Source: Azolla caroliniana
Taxonomy: Eukaryota > Plantae > Polypodiophyta
Direction: 5' to 3'
Assembly (NCBI GenBank): GCA_043228905.1
Contig: JBHGNT010000002.1
Span: 25,048,001 to 25,112,000 of the forward strand
DNA: 64,000 nucleotides
Shown in pieces: positions 11,841 to 23,201 of the stretch. Made by a program: the position numbers and the translations under genes. The notes under the pieces are model-generated. The model had not been told where the DNA came from, searched no databases, and saw only the letters and a program-made list of their open reading frames with translations. How positions within the stretch are numbered: the stretch's first letter is position 1; each line of letters begins with the position of its first letter.

Positions 11841-14800
11841 TGTTGCCTCTGTTGAAACCGCCGCCTGTGGCGAAGATCGTGAGCACAAGGTCGTTGCCTC
11901 CGTGAACTCACTATTGTACATTCTAACATAATGATAGTTTGCAGCCTGTGGGCTGCCGTGGTTTTTTTTCCCTAATTTGGGGTTTTCCACGTAAACATCC
12001 TGTGTACTATTCTCTTCTTTGTGTCGTGCATTTATTTCCCATTTTCTATGTATGATTCTAAGTTCGGTTGTGGCCGAGCGTTGCGTATAGGGAGCGTGCA
12101 GTTCCTGTCAAGTGGTATCAGAGCGAAACGACACAGAAAATGGACAAATCGTTGGGCAGCATGTTCAAGCTCACCAGCTCCAACTATTCAGTGTGGAAGT
12201 CGAAGATGAGGGATATGCTCGTGGTTAAAGATCTTTGGTTGCCAGTTCAGTTTGGGGACAAGAGACCAGACAAAATCGATGCCACGGTATGGGAGGTGAT
12301 GCACATGAAGACAACAGCGTACATACGGTGCTTCATCGACATGAGCCTATACAACAACTTCAATGAAGAGAGCAAGGCTCCTGAGCTCTGGGGGAGAAGA
12401 TCGACATTATGTTTCAGAACAAAAATGTTGTTAATCAGGTTTCGGTATTCCGGAAGCTAGTAAGACTCCGGTACCAAGATGGCTCCAGCATGGCGGAGCA
12501 CATGAATGCCTTCCAGGGGCTAATCCACCAGGCAACTTCATTGGAAGTACCTCTCGCCGATGAGGTACTAGCGCTACTCCTGCTCGGTTCCCTCCCGGAT
12601 AGCTGGGAGACGTTGGTTGTCACTTTGGGCAACGCCGGGCCGGAAGGAAAGCGGTTATCCCTAGCAAGAGTAAAGTCGAGCTTGCTAGATGAGGAGGCGC
12701 ATCGGAAAGATAAAGATACGAGCTCCGACTCCAAAGCGCTCCTTACCGAATCGGAACGCGGAAGACATAGAAACCGTAGTCCCTAGAACCGGGAGAAGTC
12801 GGGGACACGGTCAAAGTCTAGGGGGAGGCCTACTTGCTTCTATTGCGGCAAGCCGGGACACTTCCAAAAGAACTATTGGCATTTTCGAAAAGACAAGGAA
12901 ACCGACGATACCGATTCGAAGCGGACCCCGGACCGGAACGGTAAAGACCGGAGGGGGCCGGAGCGGAAGGGAACGACGGCAATCGCGGCAAGTGAAGAAA
13001 AGTTGATGCTCATCACCGAGGAGAGTGAGATAAACCTTGCCGGCGACGAGACGACCTGGGTGGTCGACTCCGGAGCGTCGTTCCACCTTACCCCGGACCG
13101 GAAATGCTTCTCATTCTACTCGGCCGGTGATCACGACTGTGTCCGGATGGGGAATGAAAGTAAATGCCGAATTGTCGGCATAGGAGACGTGTGGCTGACA
13201 ACACCAACCGGATGCAAGTTGCTGTTGAAGGATGTCCGACACGTTCCGGAGGTTCGTCTGAACCTGATATCAGCCGATCGGCTAGATGATGAAGGCTACA
13301 CGGGTAGCATCCGGAACGATGTCATGAAGTTCAGCAAAGGGAGCTTGATTGTGGCTCAGGTCCGGAAGGTCAACACACTATACTTGATGAATGCCCGGTT
13401 ATGTTCGGAAGAAGTGAACGTGGCATCCGACACTGCCGGTGAGCTGTGGCACAAGAGGCTGTGTCATATGAGCGAGAAGGGGATGAAGAGGCTTGCAAAC
13501 GACAACCTCATTCCAGTGAAGAACGTGCACTTGGAGAAGTGCACTGATTGTCTGGCCGGTAAGCAAAACCGGACCTCCTTCCGACCAAGGCCACCGATGA
13601 GACATAATGCACCACTAGAGTTGGTGCATACGGATGTGTGTCAAGTAGACATGAAGTCACATGCCGGAGCGCAGTACTTCGTGACGTTCATAGATAACCA
13701 CAGCCGGAAGCTATGGGCCACACCATTGAAGATGAAGGATCAGGTGCTATCCGTCTTCAAAGAGTTCCATGCGAAAGTGGAAAGAGAAACCGGCTGGAAG
13801 CTGAAGACGGTTCGAGTAGATAACGGAGGAGAATACCGGGGGCAATTCGAGGAGTACTGCCGCTCGAAGGGAATCCGGCTCGAATTTACTGTGCCGAAGA
13901 CGCCGGAACTAAACGGACTGGCCGAGAGGATGAACCAGACCATAATGGAGAGGGCCCGGAGTATGCTAGTGCATGCAAAACTACCCAAGATGTTTTGGGT
14001 TGAGGCATTGTCGACGACGACATATGTGATAAATAGATCACCCTCAGTACCCTTGGACGGAGACACGCCACAGAGAGTATGGACCGGTAAGGAAGTATCC
14101 TAGCGGCATTTGAAGGTGTTCGGGTGTCTCACGTACGTGCATGTAGCTAAGGACCGGAGAGGAAAGTTAGATCCAAAGACCCGGCCATGCATATTCCTCG
14201 GTTACGGTGACGATGAGTTTGGCTACCGATTGTGGGACCTGGTCAACAAGAAGGTATTCCAGAGTCGAGATATTATCTTCATGGAGGACAAGATGCTCGC
14301 CGACTGGGAGTCGGAGAAGAAGATAATGAACTCTGAGTCGACCGGTAAGGATCGACTCTACGATGAGCAGATCCAACCGGCAAGAGACCGGTTAGCACTC
14401 GAGGGACCAGCCGGTTACGGTGAGGATACCAAACAGGCTGAAGAAGAAGTAGAGGAAGCTGAAATCGGAACCGGCCAAGACCCCGAATCAGATTCGGACG
14501 AAGAGCAAATGGAGGAGCCGGTTACCAAAGCCCAAAGACGGAGATATCCTCTCAGAGAGAGAAGGGGCCCCCGGAGATTTCTGGATGCAGAGCATGTGTT
14601 GCTAACCAACGAGGGGGAGCTAGAAAGCTTCGAAGAAGCGAAGGATGACACCCACAGCCGCAAATGGCTAAGTGCCATGCTGGATGAGATGGATTCCCTG
14701 CATGAAAACCATACGTACGAATTGGTGGAGTTGCCGAAAGGAAAGCGGGCACTCCGAAACAAGTGGGTGTACAAGTTGAAACCGGGAGATGCCGGCAACC

Positions 14801-15639
14801 CCCCGGATACAAAGCCAGGATCGTGGTGAAGGGGTCCCAGCAGAAAAAGGGCGTGGACTTTGACGAGATATTTGCCCCGGTAGTAAAGATGACCTCCATC
14901 CGGACGATGCTGAGTATAGCGGCAAGCATGGACCTCGAGGTAGAACAGCTGGACGTGAAGACAGCATTCCTTCACGGCGACCTCGAAGAGGAGATCTACA
15001 TGCAGCAACCGGAGAGATTTGTGGAGAAAGGGAAGGAGCACCTGGTATGCCGGCTGAAGAAGAGCCTGTACGAACTGAAGCAGGCTCCCCGGCAATGGTA
15101 CCGAAAGTTTGACTCCTTCATGACCGATCAAGGGTACAACAAGACGCAGGCCGATCACTGTGTGTTTGTGAAGAGGTTCGAAGGAGGCGACTTCCTGATA
15201 CTCCTTCTGTACGTGGACGACATGTTGATCGTCGGACGGGATCAAGCCAAAATACGGATGCTGAAGAAGGCTCTCACCCGGACCTTCTCAATGGAAGACT
15301 TGGGTCCGGCAAGACAAATGTTGGGGATGCATATCATCCGGAACCGGTCAATGAAGCAATTGTGGCTGTCACAGGAGAAGTACGTGACAAAGGTGCTTCA
15401 ACGGTTCAACATGTCAGATGCGAAACCGGTCGGATCGACACTTCCGGCAAACTGTAGGCTATCCGGTAAGCAAAGCCCGAAGACGAAAGCAGAGACGGCA
15501 GATATGATGAAGATTCCATATGCCTCTGCCGTCGGGAGCTTGATGTACGCAATGGTGTGTACCCAACCGGATATAGGATACGCAATCGGAGTGGTGAGCT
15601 GGTTTATGAGCAATCCCGGCAAGGAGCACTGGAACGCGG

Positions 15640-16430
15640 TGTCGTGCCTTTCGGCTCCGGATCGTTGCGTGAGTCGGGTGGGAACCACTGAGGTTTTGGA
15701 CTAGGAGAAAGAAGAATATGAGATGAGGCTAGTAATGAATAGATTATTACAAAGAGAGATAGAAATTTCGTGAATCCCACGAGTGTATTGTATTCGATTA
15801 ATCAATATTTAGATAAGAATATGTATTTAGATTGAAAGAAAGATATAAGAAACTTGTGAATCCCACAAGTATAGATTATATTATTTTCGTGAATCCCACG
15901 ATTATATTAATCGGTTGGTGTTTTCGGAAATATATCCAATTTCCAAATATTTCACACACCTATTACATTGTGCTCCCCATCCTTATGTAGTGATGAGAGA
16001 GACTAAGCATAGCTACATGCTTTTTTCTAATATGTTCATGCACACTAAATGTGCATGTGATGCTTTTCTAAACCTTGCTTTTATTTGCTAAATATAGTGC
16101 TCATGCACGCTAGATGTGCATGAGTCACTTTTTAGTTGCTTGCGTTTTTTTTCTATAAAATATTCACGCACTCTAAAAATGCATGATTTACCTTTTAATA
16201 AAGGTAGGCGTAAATAAAGCACTTATAGTTATTAAATCTATTTATAAAATATTAAAGATAAGGTAGCATAATGGTAAAGTTGAGGTTTGGCTACGTGGAG
16301 GTACAAGGTTCGAATCTTGCCCTATGCACGTGATAAATATCTTGATATTCTTATTTTATTTATTTATATGTAATTAAATCAGTTATATTATTTTTACTTT
16401 TTCACGTAGTGTACGAAATACACTACGACA
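15640..16430 (-). repeat. Solo LTR (791 bp), probably of the tRNA-Trp Gypsy lineage, inserted in the RT/RH region of D
   Basis: TGTCGT...ACGACA termini, 4-bp TSD GCGG (15636-15639, 16431-16434); removal restores HWNAVKWILRY. Orientation and lineage inferred from termini and U5-like similarity to G/H LTRs. Confidence 0.85.
16257..16357 (+). promoter_or_regulatory. tRNA-like Pol III type-2 promoter cassette (A box, B box, T4) in the solo LTR
   Basis: A box TAGCATAATGGT 16264-16275, AGGTACAA then B box GGTTCGAATC 16307-16316, T4 at 16354-16357. Confidence 0.65.
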
Positions 16431-17445
16431 GCGGTCAAATGGATACTCCGGTATTTGAAGGGCACTTCAAATATGTGTCTCCGATTCGGCTCCGGAAAAC
16501 CTCAACTTGATGGTTTCACCGATTCGGACATGTCGGCTGATGTGGATACCAACCGGTCTACATCCAGGTATGTAATGACATATGCAGGGGGAGCTGTCTC
16601 GTGGCAGTCGAGGCTGCAGAAGACGGTTGCATTGTCAACCACGGAGGCAGAGTACATGGCGGCTGTGGAAGCCGGCAAGGAAATATTATGGATGAAGGAC
16701 TTCATCTGAGAGCTCGGTATTCGGCAAGATGAATACCGACTCTATTGCGACAGTCAAAGTGCCATCCATCTTGCTAAGAATGCGGCCTACCATTCCCGGA
16801 CGAAGCATATCCAACGAAGATATCATTGGATTCGGGAAAGAGTAGATGACCAGGAGTTTGCACTGACGAAGATCCACACGGCCGAGAACAGGTCAGATAT
16901 GCTGACCAAAGTGCTGATACCCGACAAGCTGGATGCATGCCGGAAGAGGATCGGACTAGTAAGACACCCCATGCCGGAGTGAAGGGGGAGTTTGTTGGGA
17001 GACAGGTCCCTCCGGATGGGAAGGGAGAAGAACAGTGTTGATGAACAAACTCGGCCGAGGCCGAAACCGGATGATGTGTACCCGGTTACGGAGAGCCGAA
17101 TGGTGCAGACCTGGTAAGAACCGGATGAGGAGTACCCGGATGAGGAGTACCCGGCTACAGAGAGCCGGATGGTGAAGACCCAGTGAGGAGTGCTCACCGG
17201 ATGAAGAGACATATTCGTAAATATGTTTCTGAGAGTCCATCGAGGCTGTATTTGTAAATATCTGAAAATTCATATTAGTATAAATATGACTTAGGGCAAA
17301 CTTTTAGTGTGTGTTGTTATTCTTGTCTGCGTGAGATCAGAGCACGTAACTGTGTACAGAGAGAGAGAGAGAGGAAGAGGTCGTTGCCTCTGTTGAAACC
17401 GCCGCTTGTGGCGAAGATCGTGAGCACGAGGTTGTAGCCTCCGTG

Positions 17446-17630
17446 TGTCGAATACAAGTGTATAATGGACGTATTCACACTATCCCTTTGTATAGCTCAA
17501 GTTTGGGCCATTTGTGTAATTAGCATAAAGGGTAGTTGCCCTAAGTTGTCACTATATAAAGTGACCTAGTAACCTTTTTGTAAGGTTGGTTGTATCATTG
17601 TTTTCTATTGAATAGAAAGACTCTTTTGTG

Positions 17631-17699
<69 letters not shown>

Positions 17700-20600
17700 A
17701 CGATCTTAGAAACTGTCATACGCAGGGTACTCAACCCCAATCGAATGCTACTTGATCTTCCGCATTGACGGCCTTGTCTACAACATCTGGTATCAGAGCA
17801 GAGGTTCCTCAACCCGCTGTCGGCCGTCGTCTCAGCCTGCACAGCATTCGGTCCGGAGGGGGAAGATATGAAGTCGGTTCTGTATGCACCGGCAGTCGGC
17901 TCCCTTATGTACCTGATGGTCGCGACACGGCCTCTCAGCCTGCACAGCATTCGGTTCTTCGCGTCATCACAGCCTGCACAGTATTCGGCCTTTCGCTTCA
18001 TCCTAGTCTGCAAAGCATACGGCTTCTTGCGTCATTCGAAGAAACAGAGAAGAAGAAGAAAAACGAGGCTTGCATCTCATCACGTTAGATCATCTTCGCT
18101 TGGAGTAAGCCAGCCGGTTGTACTCTGTTCCTTGTGATCGTAACCGCTCGAGGTGAAATCCCCTTGTGCAACATTGACACGATCGTGCTCCACTCGGGTA
18201 AACGGCATCCGAAGAGGTCATCAAACGCTGCTCGCCGCTCATTGTAACCACTCGGTGCAGATCGGTCTCAAGACAACAACCCCAATTCGTGCTTCATCCG
18301 GCTAATCGACATTCGGGAGGATCAGTTGGATCCGTCTCTCTCGTCGCTGCAGTCACCCGAAGCAGAATCGGTCCAGAACAATCGGTTTCAATAATCGGTA
18401 TTTGGCATATATATTCGGAAGCGAACCGGGCTCACTCCGACTCGGCAACATTCGGGAAGACCAGTCGGTTCTGTCCCTCAAGTTACCGGAGTCAATTCGA
18501 GCAAGTTCAACAATACATATATCCGAAGCCGAACCGATTCGGGTTCAAATCCGACTAGAACGATATCGGGTGAGCCAACCGGCTGCACTCCAACAAGGTT
18601 CGTAGTCAACTCCGAACCGAGCTTCGTCAACCGAAACCAAATTTGATGGCATCAACATCCGGCTCGTCAGAAATGAGTCTACGAAAGTTCGATGGATCGA
18701 ACTTCAATTTCTGGAAGGAGCAAATGCAGGACTATCTCATAGTCAAGGGGCAAATCGATCCCATCGAAAATGAAGAACCTCCAGAAGGATACAAACCAAT
18801 TGAGTGGCAGAAGCTGGACAGAATCGTCCGCGCCACGATTCGGATGCACCTATCGGAATCGGTATACTTTACGGTGCAATCGTGTACGACAGCATTCGAA
18901 CTGTGGAAAACACTGTCGGACACCTACGAAAAGAAGGTCGCTGCAACAAAGATGTTTTTGATCTGGCGCCTCTACAACTTGCGGATGAAAGAATCAGACT
19001 CGGTTCAAGCACATCTCAATGAGTACGAAAGCATAAGCTCCCAAATCTCATCTCAGGGGACGGCAATCGAGGATGAACTCAGAGCAATGATACTCATGAG
19101 CAGCCTTCCCTCATCATGGGAAACTTTCGTCACAACCGTGTGCAACGCGTCAACCACGGCTGTTAAATACTCCGAAGTCACGAGCGCAATCCTGACAGAA
19201 GCAGCTCGGAGAAAGTCTTTCGCCAAAGACTCAACAGACGACGCTTATGTAGTACAAGGTTCGACAGACCGATCGAACATACGAGGAAGAGATTCCTCAC
19301 GGCAGCCGAACAATCAGCGAAGACGGAGCCAGTCACGGGATAACCGAATCTGCAACTATTGCAAGAAACCCGGACACATCAAAGCCGACTGCCGCGCACT
19401 CAAGAACAAGAACGACAAGTCTCAGAAATCAGACAAGAAGAGTGGCCGGCATGAGGAGATCAATTACGTCAGCTTCTCAGCTGATGTGCTACCAAACGAC
19501 CCGAATATACTATCAATCGAAAATCCAGTCGGATCAGAAGTTCTGCTCACGACTGAAGAATCGAGCACATGGCTCTTAGATTCGAGCGCGTCATTTCACG
19601 TGACTCCTCATCGATCCCAATTTCAGCAATATACGATCCGTCACTCTGACTCAGTTCGAGTCGGCAACTCGCAACACTGCGACATCATTGGAATCGGCAC
19701 AGTAGAGCTCAACCTTGCAGGTGGCTCTACACTTGTACTTCACAATGTCCGACATGTACCCGAGCTCTCAAGGCCATTGATCTCAGTCGGACAACTAGAT
19801 GAAGACGGCATTCGTGCCGGTTTTTCTTCGGGAGGGTGGACACTCCACAGGGGGAACCTCCTGCTTGCTAGAGGACCCAAGATACACTCACTGTATCCGT
19901 TACATGTTACGCTCAGAGAGGGTAACCTGTTTTTGGTGGATATTCCTGTGTCATCACTATGGCACAGAAGATTAGGACACCTCAGCAAGGCCGGCATTAC
20001 GCACCTATCTAGAGCCAGATACATCCCTAAACTCTCCTTCTCGGACCATCAATTCTGCGAACATTGCCAGTATGGCAAACAAGCAGCCGCATCACACCCG
20101 ACATCAGCACCAAGAGAAACGAGACCTCTCGATTTAGTCCACTCGGACGTCTGTGGCCCAATGCCGCATCAGTCTCTCGGCGGTGCCTCTTACTTCGTCA
20201 GTTTTATTGACGATTCGACTCGAAAGGTGTGGGCTTATCCAATTCGCACCAAAGATCGTGTCTTCTCGATCTTCTCCGATTGGCTCGCTATGGTGGAAAA
20301 TCAAACTGACCGAAAACTGAAATGCTTTCGGACCGACAATGGGGGAGAGTTCAAATCAGAAGAATTCGTCAAATTCTGCCGACAACGCGGCATCCGACGT
20401 GAATTTACGGCACCACACAGTCCGGAGCAAAACGGGATTGCAGAACGCATGAATCGGACAATCCAAGAACGGATAGTTTCCATGCTCCAACACTCCGGAC
20501 TGTCGGATGGCTTCTGGGCAGAGGCTCTACTCACGACAGTACACATAATCAATATGTCGCCAAGCAGACCTCTAGGACTTCAAATTCCTCAGGAACTATG

Positions 20601-23078
20601 GATCGGCAGTAAGCCGAATTACGACAAGCTGAGGATCTTCGGATGCGAGGCGTACGCCCTTATTCCGAAAGATGATCGCCGAAAACTTGCACCTCGGTCC
20701 AGGAAATGCATTTTCCTTGGATATGGATCAGACGGCGAAATGGGATACCGACTCTGGGACCCCGAACGCAGACAAATCATTCGAAGTTCGGACGTTGTGT
20801 TCAACGAGTCGGCTATGAATCCATCAGTCAAAACACCGATCGAAGTCCGAAGGGTAACATTTTCCGATGTGCCGACCCTTCAAGAAGGCCCCGCTCTTAA
20901 CACACGGTCAGCTTCACGGGTAGCTGAACCTTACACTACCGACTCGGACAACTCCGACTCGGCACAGCAGAATAATTCGCTTTCGAACCATCCGACCTCG
21001 ATACCCGATACGACCAGTCCAGTCATACCTCGACGATCCGAGAGACTGTCGCAACCTCCGGAGAGGTATTCTCCTGGAATTTTCTTCACCGACGCCGGCG
21101 AACCGACGTCTTACGAAGAAGCATCGAGATCTGTCGATTCAGCCACCTGGCATCTGGCGATGGAGTCAGAAATGCACTCCATTCGGGCAAACAAGACTTG
21201 GGATCTGGTCGAATTACCTAAGAATCGACGTGCTCTTCCTTGCAAGTGGGTTTATCGACTAAAAGAGACGTCTGATTCGACCACCCCAAAGTACAAGGCC
21301 AGATTAGTTGCAAAGGGCTTCCGACAAGAATATGGCGTCGACTTCGACGAGATTTTTTCACCAGTGGTGAAAATGACAACCCTTCGTTTTCTACTCGGCG
21401 TAGTGGCAGCCGACAACTTGGAGCTGATTCAGCTAGATGTCAAAACAGCCTTCCTCCATGGTGATCTTGAAGAGGAAATTTATATGGAGCAGCCAAAAGG
21501 CTTCGTGGCAACTGGCCAAGAACATCTAGTCTGCCGACTTAGGAAGAGTCCATACGGCCTCAAACAGGCACCGCGACAATGGTACAAGAAGTTCGACGAC
21601 TTCATCCAATCGATCGGCTTCTCAAAAAGCGATGAGAACCATTGTCTTTTTACCAACACAGCTCAAGATGGATCACCCATCTTCCTCATCATTTACGTGG
21701 ACGACATGCTAATTTCTGGACGCCACGCGAGCGAACTTGCCGATCTCGTTCGGCAATTGCGGTTGAAGTTTGCCATGAAGGACCTCGGTCCGGCACGACA
21801 CATACTTGGCATGAAGATTAGTCGGCATCGCGATAAACGACATCTTTTTTTGTCTCAGACCGACTATATCGGACGTGTCTTGGAACGCTTCAACATGCAA
21901 TCAGCCAAATCTGCTTCAACCCCGCTCCCCATCAATCTTCGGCTCTCTCAGCGAGACTGCCCGACATCCGGTCCGGAGGGGGAAGATATGAAGTCGGTTC
22001 CGTATGCACCGGCAGTCGGTTCCGTATGCACCGGCAGTCGGCTCCCTTATGTACCTGATGGTCGCGACACGGCCTGATATCTCTCATGCCGTAGGAGTCG
22101 TTAGCAGATTTATGCACAATCCTGGCCGATCGCATTGGAACGCAGTCAAGCATGTGTTGAGATATCTGGCTGGCACAAAAGACCACGGCATTCTTTTCGG
22201 TCCGAACTCAACCTCAGGCGTAGTCGGTTACACCGACTCGGACTTCGCCGGCTGTATAGACAGTCGGAAATCAACAACTGGATACTGCTTCAAATTCGGC
22301 AATGGAGCAATTTCGTGGAAGTCGAAACTTCAGGAGTGCACAGCGACCTCAACGACCGAAGCAGAATATGTAGCTGCGTCCGACGCTGCAAAAGAAGCTT
22401 TGTGGCTCGGCCGGCTGGCGCACACGTTTCGACAAGTCGACCATGACTCGGCCCCAGTTGTCTATAGCGACAGTCAAGGTGTTGTTGCCTTGTCGAAAAA
22501 TCCGGTTCACCACAACGCCTCCAAACATATCGATGTTCGATATCACTTCGTTCGGGACTGCGTCATTTCAGGGAAAATCGGTCTAGAGAAAATATCCACA
22601 ACCGACAATGTCGCAGATGGAATGACCAAGTGTCTTTCGGCAGACCGCTTTCGGTCCCTTCGGCATCAGATGGGCGTAACGACGAACCAGTCCGGTTAGA
22701 GCTGGACACAGTGCAGGATGGTTTCAGACAACCGACATCAGTTCCTTAATGATCGGCTTCAACTCTTCCGACCCGACCAGTTCGGTCTTCTGCCTTCGGA
22801 CCCTGCCGACTCAAACAAAAACTGATATGTCCGAGAACCTAGGTTTATACCTGTAATCTTAGATAACCCATGTATACGCCCATTACGGGGGAGTGTCGAA
22901 TACAAGTGTATAATGGACGTATTCACACTATCCCTTTGTATAGCTCAAGTTTGGGCCATTTGTGTAATTAGCATAAAGGGTAGTTGCCCTAAGTTGTCAC
23001 TATATAAAGTGACCTAGTAACCTTTTTGTAAGGTTGGTTGTATCATTGTTTTCTATTGAATAGAAAGACTCTTTTGTG

Positions 23079-23116
<38 letters not shown>

Positions 23117-23201
23117 CGATCTTAGAAACTGTCATACGCAGGGTACTCAACCCCAATCGAATGCTACTTGATCTTCCGCATTGACGGCCTTGTCTACAAC
23201 A
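17446..23201 (+). mobile_element. Very young Ty1/Copia element I, no matching TSD
   Basis: LTRs 17446-17785 and 22894-23201 identical apart from the (CT)n tract; PBS TGGTATCAGAGC 17788-17799; PPT before 22894; flanks CCGTG and TTTGG differ. Confidence 0.95.
18646..22699 (+). pseudogene. Copia I gag-pol polyprotein, frameshifted by a 22-bp tandem duplication at 21998-22041
   Basis: ORFs 18643-22077 and 22004-22699 join into Gag-PR-INT-RT-RH when one copy of TTCCGTATGCACCGGCAGTCGG is removed. Confidence 0.93.

Larger units (their letters stand above)
11403..17445 (+). mobile_element. Ty1/Copia element D, degenerate; 3' LTR truncated by element I
   Basis: 5' LTR 11403-12110, PBS TGGTATCAGAGC 12113-12124, gag ATG 12140, gag-pol with stops and frameshifts to 16982, PPT, 3' LTR 16993-17445 (incomplete). 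Confidence 0.95.

Noticed and set aside
16257-16330. Functional tRNA gene
   Set aside because: Acceptor, anticodon and T stems do not pair convincingly; only promoter boxes are retained.
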